Assembly (NCBI GenBank): GCA_043228905.1
Contig: JBHGNT010000013.1
Coordinates: 4,588,001-4,652,000, forward strand
Length of the DNA: 64,000 bases
DNA from: Azolla caroliniana
Taxonomy: Eukaryota; Plantae; Polypodiophyta
Direction of reading: 5' to 3'
Below the pieces are notes generated by a model that was not told the origin of the DNA, searched no databases, and saw only the letters and a list, made by a program, of their open reading frames with translations. Every line of letters starts with the position of its first letter. The stretch's first letter is position 1. Position numbers and translations under genes: made by a program. Positions 37,114 through 47,839 of the stretch are shown here, piece by piece.

Positions 37114-38449
37114 ATGTACATGGCTGGAAAACACAATGTCTACCTTGGCATTCACAAACCATGATTCGAATTGACCACGCATTGTTTCACCCTCCATATA
37201 ATGATGTTCATTGCTATTATACCATGGAGAATGGAACAAAACAATGTTCTTTGTTCTATCCATTGAAGCTAGCTCCTCTTGGAGCTAGGCATATTGTGGG
37301 GTGTATTTCCCTACACAAACATTTACGTTGTGTGTCTATGAGTCGGTCGGTCTATTCAAAAAGAGAAAGAGAGAACAATTAGAGTTGTATTAACTTACCA
37401 TATGATGAGTAGGATTAAAGAACAATGATATGAGCAAATTCTCTCTTGATGGAGTACTACAATGGAGATGTATTGTTTGAGGCTTCATGTGGCACCCAAT
37501 AGCGGTTCAAATACGGCTTAAACAGCTCCGTCTCTCCCTACAAAATCTAAAACAAAAAGAAAGTGATGAAGGCCATGATCTCATTGCAGAAGAAATCATG
37601 GAAAAACAACTCATAATCTTTCTCTCCCTCCCCCAATTTATATGTATAAATAAGAAACACATATGCACATTAATCACTTCATATTGTTAGCATATTTGTG
37701 TATACATAAATATGGTATGCAAAGTAGCACAAGTACATGCATGTACATACACAAATTCAAATTCAAATGTAACCACTTCTAAGATTAGAGTGCATACACA
37801 TCCTTTAACAAAATAACCTCTTCTCAAACCCCAACATACATATACATATATGTAACATGTATGCATACATTTGCAGATGATCCTAGCATGGGTTTAGGAG
37901 TTTAGGGTTTCCTGAAACTAAAATAGTTTCCATCGAAAAGAAGAAGTCACCACTTCAAGAGAAAATCAAGCTCATGGTTCCCAGCTGTCCAAATCCACGG
38001 TTGATAAGCCGTGCTCCTTTTGACAAACCAGCCCCAAGTGTCCCATTAGTTGTCATGGAATGGATAGTTGACTATAGAGGAAAGGTCACCAACATATAGA
38101 ATCATGTCGCCATTTGCTTGCATGTAATGCTCAAGGTCACCTATTTAAACAATGACATGATTGAGTTGTTGCAAATGTACATCCCATCACCCTAACACCT
38201 AAACATTAAGTTGTGGTTTAGGATTAGGACACCCCATATGTTCTAGAAAGGAAACATTTAAAGAGAAGAGAAAGGAAGGAAAATGAATGGAAATTTTAAC
38301 CAAAATTAAGATGCATGATGAGGCATTACTCCATACCAATGATTACAAAAGTTTAAGGAGTATCCGAGTCAAGAGGTCGAGGTGTATGGAACCAAAACTC
38401 GCGAGCTGAGGCTCCCCTCGCCAAGTTTGTAATAATATTTGGTATTAGG
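37114..38449 (-). pseudogene. PAP: PAP pseudogene middle exons (four)
   Basis: Metallophosphoesterase motifs GDL, GDLS, GNHE, VLFH, (G>S)HVH; canonical splice sites; several in-frame stops. Confidence 0.92.
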
Positions 38450-38532
38450 CTACAATAACATCATATGTACATATTAATTATAAAGCAATGAAGGAAACGT
38501 TGACGTAGTGTATTCCACACACTACGTGGAAA

Positions 38533-41500
38533 TCGTGGGGATAGTCGAAGAAGTGTTCTATGGGAGCACGCTACAACGACTTGAAGAGCTTGCGGAAGAT
38601 AAAAGCCAAGGGAACCGGGTAGTCCCGGTGGAATCGGTCGAGATGTACGAGATCATTGCGAAAATGGAGCCGGATACGCTCCGCAAAGAAGAAGCAATGG
38701 TAAGTACGAAATACAAGACCGTGGAGAAGAAGGTGAAACCGGCCGCGGGACCACTACGTGCCGGTAGCGAACAAAAGAGGAAAGAAGTCTCGGGAGATCC
38801 GACACTTCGGAAGTCCGTGGATATCGGACATGCCTTCACAGATGAGACCCGGAAGAAACTTCGGATCGGTGGAGGTGGGTTCCTATTACAAAAAGAAGAA
38901 GAACGGTTTCGCGAGATGTTGGAGCAACACGGCAAAGCGTTTGCATTTACATCAAGGGAGATAGGGTGCGTCAATCCAAGAACAGTGGAGCCGATGGTGA
39001 TCTTCACGATTGACCATGTACCGTGGAACCTGAAGCCGATTCCGATGCCACGAGCGCATATTCCGAAAGTCATTGACTTGCTCAAGGAGAAGGTGGCGAT
39101 GGGGATTCTAGAGCCATCAACTGCTCCGTACTCAAATCGATGGTTTACGGTTCCGAAGAAGAATGGGTCACTCCGATTTATCCAAGACTTGCAACCGGTG
39201 AATAAGGTCACGATCCGGAACTCGGGAGTCGGTCCGATAGTGGACGAATTTGCGGAAGCTTTTGCCGGTTGTGCAATATACTCCATCGGAGACCTATACT
39301 CGGGGTATGACCAATTCCAACTAGCCGTGGAGAGCCGAGACATCACAACCATGCGAACACCGATAGGATTAGTCCGAATGTGCACACTACCACAAGGAGC
39401 GACAAACTCGGTTGCTCATATGATGAACGCGATGAACAAGGTGCTACGAGACTGCATTCCGGAGATAACGATGCCGTTCCTCGATGACATTCCGATGAAA
39501 GGATGCGCGGTAGAAGAAAAAGATGAGACTATGGATGATCGGGGATGCCGAAAGTTCGTGGTCGACCATATTCATGATTGCAAGAAAGTGTTGCGAAAGC
39601 TAGAAGATGTGCACCTAACACTTTCCGGGGAGAAATCGCCATTCGGGCAAGAAGAAATATTGGTGGTCGGACATCTATGTGGGCCCTACGGCTGAAGACC
39701 GTCACCAACAAAGATTGATGCGATTCAAGCTATGGAGGAAGTATGCGAGTCAACATCCGAAGTCCGAAGGTTTCTCGGTGCATGTGCATTCTATCACATA
39801 TGGATTCCGCACTATGCACATATAGCGGACCCGCTCTACCACTTGTTGCGGAAAGGTAAGAAATTCGAATGGAAACCGGAACACACCAAAGCCATGAAGA
39901 AATTGAAGAAGACACTTCGGAGGGCGGAAGCACTTAAGAAGCCGAGCTATGACCGACCGATCATAGTAACGGTTGATACAAGTCCAACCGGTATCGGGTG
40001 GGTCATCAATCAAGCCGACTCCGATGGTTCGCGGTATCCGATCCGATTCGGAGCAAAGGTTCTCAACGAAAGGCAACGTGGATATGCACAAGTCAAAAGA
40101 GAACTGTGGGGAGTCGTGTCGGCGATAAAATCGGATCGGGATTATTTGATCGGAGCCGAAGTGGTGATCGAGACGGATTGTCTTCCGATACTTGGAATGA
40201 TGCGGTGTTGTACGATACCGGATGTAGCTATGCTAAGGTGGGTTGCATATGTCAAGTCGCTTAATCCGGAGGTTCGACACATCTCGGGGAAGGACAACGC
40301 GGTAGTGGATATGTTATCAAGGGCTCGGTTCGGAGACGACATAACCGAATCGGATAATGAAGAAGTTTCCGAGGACTACTTCGCGTCGGAGCACATATGT
40401 CGAGTAAACGTAATCCGAGAATTCCGGGAAGAAGAATACGAGGGAGAAAGCTTGATGATCGGAAAGATGTTACAAGAGGCTGAGGATTCAACAAACGATA
40501 AAGGAAGAAGAGCCGAGATCCGAAGGAAGAAGAGGCAAGTCCAAAAGTTCTTCTTGGAAAACGGATTAATATGGAGGGCGCCGAAAAGACCGGATGGTAT
40601 ACCACTTCGAGTAGTCGGGACAAAAAAGCAACAAGACCGGATAATGTCCGAGTTTCACGAATCCGATTGGGCTGGACACCGAGGAACATGGGCAACATTT
40701 GTGAAGATCAAGCAAAAATATTGGTGGAAGAAAATGTACAAAGATGTTGCGGAGTTCACAGAAAGCTGCGAGAAATGTCAAGTCTACTCTGGGGTTCGAC
40801 ATCGAGATGAGTTACATCCGACATTCTCACCAACAATCAACTTCAAGTGGATGGTTGACATAGTGGCCATGCCGACCGGGATCGGAGAAAAGAAATACTT
40901 GGTATTAGCTCGGGAAGATCTCACCAATCAAGTAGAAGGTCGAGCGCTTCAGAGGAAAACGTGTTCCGCGGTATGCCAATTTCTTTTGGAGGAAGTATTT
41001 TGCAGGTACGGGTGCGTAGGACAAGTGATTGCGGACCGGGGAGAACTCGACTCGGACAAAGCTAGGGGATTCTTCGCCAAACACGGAGTTTGGTTATCAC
41101 TGACAACGGCATACAATCCGGAGGCCAACGGGAAAGTCGAACGAGGACATAGTCCGATCGTGAAAGCACTTGCAAAGGCATGCGATGGAAAGGTGAAGGA
41201 CTGGCCGTAGATACTTCCGTATGCACTATGGGCGGATCGGACGACACATAGCTCCATAACCGGTTACATGCCGGCAGAACTCATGACCGGACAAGCACCG
41301 GTAATGCCGACGGAAACCGCGATCGCAACATGGACAGTGCTACCGTGGAAGGAAGAGATGAGCCAGGAAGAACTACTAGCGGTCCGGATACGACAACTAG
41401 AGGGGAGACCGGCAGACATAGCGGAAGCAATACGCCGACAACAAGAAGCACGATTAAGGAACAAAAGCCGGTTCGACACAAAGCACCGACTACGACCGAG

Positions 41501-41990
41501 GAGGATTGAAGAAGGAGACTGGGTGATTGTCTATGACAGTAGTTTGGACCATCAACATACAACGATGCCTAAATTCGCGAAAAGATGGTTCGGGCCATAC
41601 GAGGTTCGGAAAGTCTTCGACAACAGAACGTACCGACTGTCCGAGTTGGATGGAACAATACTACGAGTGCCTATAGCCGGGAAGCGGGTGAAGATTTTCA
41701 AGAAGTGGACCGACGACAAACCCTATGTGATCCAAGCCAAGGCCGACAACGAGGAGCAATCGGACGAAGACCACGGTGATGCGGGAAGCGAAGAAAGTGA
41801 ATTACAACTCATAGTCGACATAAGGGGAGAATCGGAGGAAGCTTTGGGTGAAGACGGATATGGGGAATCAAGAACTTCGGCACATACCGGAGGATGTGCG
41901 GGTTCGGAGGGGGTGAGTGTCGTAGTGTATTCCACACACTACGTGGAAAACCATAAAATAATATATCCGATTTTAGATATATATAAATAG
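38533..41990 (+). pseudogene. gypsy pol (RT, RNase H, integrase) in one frame with two stops
   Basis: ORFs 38508-39695, 39732-41210 and 41268-41990 share a frame; YSNRWFTVPKK, DLYSGYDQ, FLDD, VDTSPTGIG, H..H..CEKC, IADRGE, WFGPY; no chromodomain. Confidence 0.92.
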
Positions 41991-42620
41991 ATAAATAAAA
42001 TATCAAAAGAATTTATCATGTGCATAGGGCAAGATTCGAACCATGCACCTCCACTTAGATAAACCCCAACTTTACCATTGTAATAACTTATCTTTAGTGT
42101 TATAAATATAGATTTAATAGGTATAAGACCTTTATTTACACATACCTTTATTAAAAGGTAAAAATCATGTATTCTTTAGAGTGTGAATATTTTTACACGT
42201 GCCATTAAAAGTGACTCATGCACATCTAGCGTGCATGAGCCCTATATTTAGGAAATGACAAAGCATCACATGCACATTTAGTGTGCATGGACACTTTAGG
42301 TGAAAAAAGCATGAAGCCATGCTTAGCCTCTTCCATCTTTATATAAGGAGGAGAGAAATATGTATAAGGTTGTTGATTAATATACAAGGTTGGATCAATC
42401 TAATATATTCGTGGGATTCACGAATTTTGCCATTTAATTGCTCTTATAATCTAAATATTGTTTTAATTACACTGAACTCGTGGGATTCACGAGATTGCTA
42501 TCTTACTTCTCTTTCCACTATTCATAACTAGCCTTAAGTTGTATTCCTCTTCCTCCTAGTCAAAAACCTCGGCGGTTCCCACCCGACTCACGCAACGATC
42601 CGGAGCCGAAGGGCACGACA
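41918..42620 (+). repeat. gypsy 3' LTR
   Basis: Follows the PPT; its start repeats 38501-38532; inverted termini TGTCGT/ACGACA; TATA ~42340. Confidence 0.85.
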
Positions 42621-42674
42621 GCGTCAGCGGCTAGACATCCATTCCCTGTTGCTCCGCTGTGAGGATTCACAGAT

Positions 42675-43230
42675 CACCGGGCGTGCCAAAAGTGGTACCA
42701 GTTAGGAACACGGCCTACCCTCGGTCCTTCAGGGTAGGTTCAAGGTGATTGTGGTATAGAGAATGGATTCTTGTACTGTGCGCAACTATAAAGAATAGAG
42801 CATCACTTACTGTCCATGAAGGTGGAGCGTGACTGGAGACGGCTACAACCGAGCTCCTTCCTACCGGGCGTATATGAGCACAAATGCACTACCTAACCTT
42901 TAGACAATTACGCTATGTATCGACACAAACACAGAGATCAGAGAAGACGGTAACTATATTAGAGAACGTATACTCAAAACTACGCTAGTTTGTACAATGT
43001 TCCTATACCCATTATATACAGAGGGCATAGTTGGTTATGCTTCCTGCGTGATCTGTTACATGCGTTCTTTTAACGCTCCTACTATAATCATACGCTTCTT
43101 GTTCTTTTCTTTACTTTTTTCCCAGCAGTCCACTTTCGGCAAACAATACAATGTACAAGCAAAAGAGCACTTGGGCAAGCAGGATTTAGACCAAAACACT
43201 CCATTGTGGATCATTTGGTTACATTGAGAG
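42675..43230 (-). mobile_element. Tat/Ogre-type gypsy LTR fragment with tRNA-Arg PBS
   Basis: Minus strand ...ggtacCA-cttt-TGGCACGCCCGGTG resembles the tRNA-Arg PBS TGGCACGCCCAGTG of Tat/Ogre elements; LTR end at 42693. Confidence 0.6.
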
Positions 43231-43385
43231 TGTTGAGAGATCAAGCTCAACTTAGTTTAGTTAGTTAGTCAACACATGTAACTTAGTAGTTACCTAGATA
43301 GAATCTAGTTAGTGTGTTGACCATAAAGCCTTAAATAGGATTTTGTACTCGAGTGGGATACATTGTAGATCCACCACTCCATGCT

Positions 43386-44776
43386 CACAGAACTCAAAAG
43401 GTGCTATGGTTGTCACAACAAAAGTATGTGATGAAGATCCTAGAAAGGTTCAACATGTCGGACGCAAAGCCAGTCGGCTCGGTGTTGCCGACAAATTGCA
43501 GGTTGAATGCAAAGCAGTGCCCGAAAGGGAGGAAGGAGAAGGCTGAGATGAGGAAGGTACCATATACCTCGGCTGTTGGCAATCTAATGTAGGCTATGGT
43601 CTGTACGAGACCAGACATAGCATTTACTATAGGAGCAATAAGCCGACACATGAGTAATCTAGGGAGAGAACACTGGGCAACAGTGAAGTGGATACTCAGG
43701 TACTTAAAAGGCACCTCGGGGGTGTGCCTAAGGTATGGTGTCAGAAAACCAGTGCTAGAAGGTTTTTACCAATTCGGACATGTCGGGAGATGTCGACTTG
43801 AGCCAATCCACGTCAAGGAGCAGTGTCATGGCAGTCACGGCTGCAGAAGTTTGTAGCCTTGTCGACTATAGAGGAAGAGTATATAGCAGCGGTAGAGGCT
43901 GGCAAAGAACTAATTTGGATGAGAAATTTTCTCAACGAATTAGGGATGAAGCAGAAGGAGATCTTGCTTCACTATGATAGCCAAAGCGTTGTGCACCTTG
44001 TCAAGCATGCTGCATACCACTCCCGGACCAAGCACATACAGAGAAGGTATCACTGGTTGCGGGAGAGAGTCGAAGAAGGAGAATTTTCTCTTGTGAAGAT
44101 CCACACTAAAGACAATGGATCCGACATTCTCACAAAGAACCTACCTATCGACAGACTTAGAGTCTGTCGACAAAAGACAAGATTGACTGACTCCCTCCCA
44201 CAGGAGTGAAGTGGGAGTTTGTTGGGAATATGTCCCTCCAGTGGGAGGAGGAGCCGACTGTTCGGAAATAGCTGACAGTCGAAGACAAGTAAGATCCGAC
44301 TGTTCGGAAAGCCGATAGTCGAAGAGTCGAAAACAATGAGTCGAATGTTTAATAGTTCGACTACTACTATTATTATAGCAATAATGATAATGATATGTAG
44401 GAGAGGCTACATCTGTAAATAGCCCACACTGTGTATAAGTATAAATACACTTAGGGCAAAACGTTGGATATAGGGAGTGTAGAACAGAAGTGGTGTGAGA
44501 GTGTGTGAGATAGAGAGCGACTGAGAGTGACGCCATAACTGTGTACGTAATAGCAAACGCCAAGCTTGCGTGGCTGATACACTCGAAGGAGTGTTGTAAC
44601 ATTCTGTGTCGTATATCCACTATACATAGTGAAGCTCTGTTCCCGTGGTTTTCTCCCGTTTTAGGGTTTCCACGTTAAATCTCTGTGCACCATTGTTGTC
44701 CTGTTTTCTGGCATATCTGTGATTCGTATTTTAGCACAGTTCTCTTATTGTGATTTTACTGAACAATTTCTCAACA
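43386..44776 (+). mobile_element. copia 3' remnant: RT end, RNase H, PPT and 3' LTR
   Basis: MVCTRPDIAF, SWQSRLQK, YDSQS, HSRTKHI; LTR 44220-44776 (TG..CA), same family as 1-672. Confidence 0.92.
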
Positions 44777-47010
44777 TCTTGTTAGGTGACCCACCCCCAA
44801 GTCGGGATTTCGGCGGTGTCACGTTGTCCTCCGCTATGGACTTTGTCGAGTCAGTTCTATTTCCTACTTGCATCTTGTTGACTTTGCTTGCTTCGACTCT
44901 TGTCGAATTGGCTCTGTTGTTGATGGCTTTGTCTTCGAGTTCGACTAGTGGACTTCCTAAATATTTGGAGTCGGCAGGTATGTTGTCGGCTTGTTTGAGT
45001 TCGACTGTTTGTCGAATCTCTGATTCGGCTTGATGGGTTGGTTTTTCTATGACAACTCTGTCGTCTTCGAAGGATACCTTCTTACCAACTGTTCTCTGCT
45101 GGTTCTACTGAGAGAAGATAAAGTCTTCATTGAAAACTACATCACTGCTCCGGATAAGTTTCCGGTTCCCAAGGTCCCATAGCCTGTAACCAAATTCCCC
45201 ATCGGTTCCATAACCGAGAAATATGCATTTCGTTGTATGGGGTGCCAATTTTGTCCTTTTATCGCTGGGGATGAACACATACGCTTCACATCCGAATATA
45301 CGGAGCCCATCGTAGGTTGGCTATTTCCTAGACCATAGTGCATGGGGCACTTTGAGCCTGATTGCCTTTGACGGCGCCATATTTATCAGGTATACTGCCG
45401 TTTGCAATGCCTCGGCCTAGAATTCCAGCTTTAGTCTGTCTTGCTAGAGCATTGCCATCACCCTCTCTTGGATTGTTCGGTTGATCCGTTCTACCACTCC
45501 ATTTTGCATGGGTGTGTAAGGAATGGTCTTTTGATGTCGGATCCGTTTGTTGGAGAGGTATATTCACCTCCGTTGTCGGATCGGAGTGTCCTCACTCTAT
45601 GTCCCGACTGGTTCTCCACTTCAGATGTCCACCGAGTGAAAACCTCAAGCGCTTCATCTTTGCACCCGATGGACTAGGCCCAGACCTTCCATGTATAGTC
45701 ATCTACAAAGGTGATGAAGTACGTCTCGTAGTGGAGAGAGTGCGGACTTCGGGTCTATTTCCCATATCGACAATGCTCACAGAAGTCTGTCTTTGCTTTG
45801 AGTTTCGGGATGTACCCTACCGCCATCAGCCAATCAAGTCCGGCTTGAGACATGTGACCAAGTCGGCCATGCCATAAGTTTGGGTCGGTCTTTTCAGCTA
45901 CGTTCACGACCCCTTCCAGATTGATCGCCATTAGCGGGTATAGGTTGTTGTACTTGTGCCTGCCTCCTATCTTCAGGTTTCCTCGGCTGATCATCCATAC
46001 CAACTCACTTAGAGGTCGTGTTGTACCCGTCTTCGGATAACATGCCGATGGAGACCAGACTCCTTTTTAGATTAGGTACATGCCGAACTCGGTGTAGGGT
46101 TATTGTGTTGCCATTTGGTAATCGGATGGGAACCTCTCCGGTTCCTACAATTCTGCACTCCTGCCCGTTGGCTAGACGAACTGTGCCATTGGCGTCGACT
46201 GAATAGTCTGAAAACCATTCAATGTTGGGGATCACATGGAATGTGGCACCAGAATCCAGTAGCCACGTGTGTGTATCCTGTGCACTGTAGAGGACTTCTC
46301 TGATCACGAAATCCTCTAAGGAGAGAATTTCTCCTGATCGGGAATTGACAATGTTGATTTGGTTGCCTATTGGAGAGTGGTCCGAGTCGGGTCGTCCTCG
46401 ATTCCACTCGGATCGCCTACCACTCTCTTTCGTCTTGATTGACCAATAGTCGGAAACATTGTGGCCAACCTCGACTTGTCTTCGAATAATCAGTACATCC
46501 TACATCATCCCCTACCATAGGGTAAAGTTTTTGCCGTCGAATTTTCGGATCTCAACTCCTGTATAGAATGTTGATGCCATGATTCTTTCGGAAGTGAGAT
46601 TTACTAACCTGGTGTTTTCTTTCAGCCTTTTCTGTTGTTTGTTGCCGCAGAGCAGCAAATCGCTCTGATACCAATTGAAGCGGAAGTGTATGTGGAAATG
46701 TACGAGGATCTGTCTCAGTTCGTACTCAGAAAACAACATAGAAAGAGAAGTAATGATATACACAGTTTGAAGCTTTAATAGAAGCTCTATTAAGTTCTCT
46801 CTTTGTCTCGCTCTCTCTCTCTCTCTCTCAGAGACTTGATATCCGATATATGATCAGGGAGATTTTTCTTTACAACATTAGGTTATTGCTTATATACTAA
46901 GCCCTAACTATGTGGACAAGTTCACACTAGAATACAAAGTGGAGGGAGTCGGCCTTTTATGCCAACAAGAATTAGTTAGACAGTTTTGTAATAGTTCTTG
47001 CCGAACAACA
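44777..47010 (-). mobile_element. copia 5' remnant: LTR, iMet PBS, deleted gag, protease, integrase
   Basis: PBS gctctgatacca 46662-46673; LTR from 46676 (far end approximate); KFDGKNFTLW; WLLDSGAT; LWHGRLGHMS..CEHC; RSDNGGEY. Confidence 0.88.
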
Positions 47011-47339
47011 TCAAGTGTAATCTTGAAAAGAGACTCTCAGTTTTACCTATTAAAGAGGAATAAAAAAGCATTGTAAATCTATCATTCTATTTTGGAATTA
47101 ATATAAGTTATTAGTTAGAGTATTTCTATGTCGACAATATCTATGTGCATTGTTATCCCCAGTATCAATTTCTGATTTGCTTACTAAGTAATTATATTAA
47201 GGCCAATTAGTCAATCAAGGTTACTCAAATAGCAAGTCCTATTTGTTGACTAGTTCATCTATCCATCCTTCTACCACAATCATCTTGATAGAACATTCGG
47301 ATCGGAACGTTCGACCTATTTTGTTGGCTACGTATAGTA

Positions 47340-47839
47340 ATCGACTACCGGCGGAACAACACAATAATTTTGGAATAGTGAAGAAGGCAATTTGGTTAAG
47401 TCCAATCGTAGTCGTACCCAAGAAGAATGGAAAGATAAAGGTATGTGCCGACTATAGAAAGCTTCATGCAGCTACAGTAACAGATGCATTTTTGTTACCC
47501 TTTACGGATGGAGTTTTGGATGGGATGGTAGGACATGAAATTTACAGCTTTCTAGATGGATTTAGCGGCTATAATCAGGTTCCCGTGCACCCGGACGATC
47601 AGGAGAAAACAACATTTGTAACTCAATGAGGAGTATTTGTCATAATCGTAATGATGTTTGGCTTAAAAACAGCTTCGATGACATTTCCGAGGGTCATTCA
47701 AGAAAATTTCAATGATTATATACCTACATTTATGTAGGTATTTCTTGATGATTTTGCTGTATATATTAAAAAAGTTGATCATTTCGAGCATTTACGTCTA
47801 TGTTTAGAACGGTGTCTTAATCCTCCTAAATGTGCTTTC
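47340..47839 (+). pseudogene. Ty3/gypsy RT fragment; resumes at 53657-53700
   Basis: WLSPIVVVPKKNGK..DYRKL..FLDGFSGYNQ..FLDDF..LNPPKCAF, then GVMSGTLLGHIV after the copia insertion. Confidence 0.88.

Larger units (their letters stand above)
21908..38449 (-). pseudogene. PAP: Purple acid phosphatase (PAP10/12/26-type metallophosphoesterase) pseudogene, interrupted by nested TEs
   Basis: Exons with mostly canonical GT/AG borders translate to PNTKYYYKLG..FWFHTP (38337-38449); [27 protein letters not shown] (37951-38140); GETELFKPY..YSIKR..HIIVL (37399-37537); [25 protein letters not shown] (37114-37310); HAYER (~22378-22396); RICNINYNIVNG..IGDGGN..EASFGHA..WHRNQDG..stop (21908-22211). Stops and frameshifts present. 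Confidence 0.93.
38501..42620 (+). mobile_element. Ty3/gypsy non-chromovirus element with a 5' internal deletion
   Basis: ~32-bp LTR start (tgacgtagtgtattccacacactacgtggaaa) fused to pol; RT-RH-INT order; PPT ggagggggtgag; 3' LTR 41918-42620 (TGTCG..CGACA). Confidence 0.9.

Noticed and set aside
37890-37912. Telomere-like ggtttag repeats
   Set aside because: Only 2-3 imperfect units in an intron; too short for an interstitial telomeric array.
38558-39385. 275-aa antisense ORF
   Set aside because: Shadow of the gypsy RT frame with no independent motifs.
42621-43380. Missing 5' exons of PAP
   Set aside because: No PAP N-terminal motifs found; better explained as a PBS plus LTR fragments.
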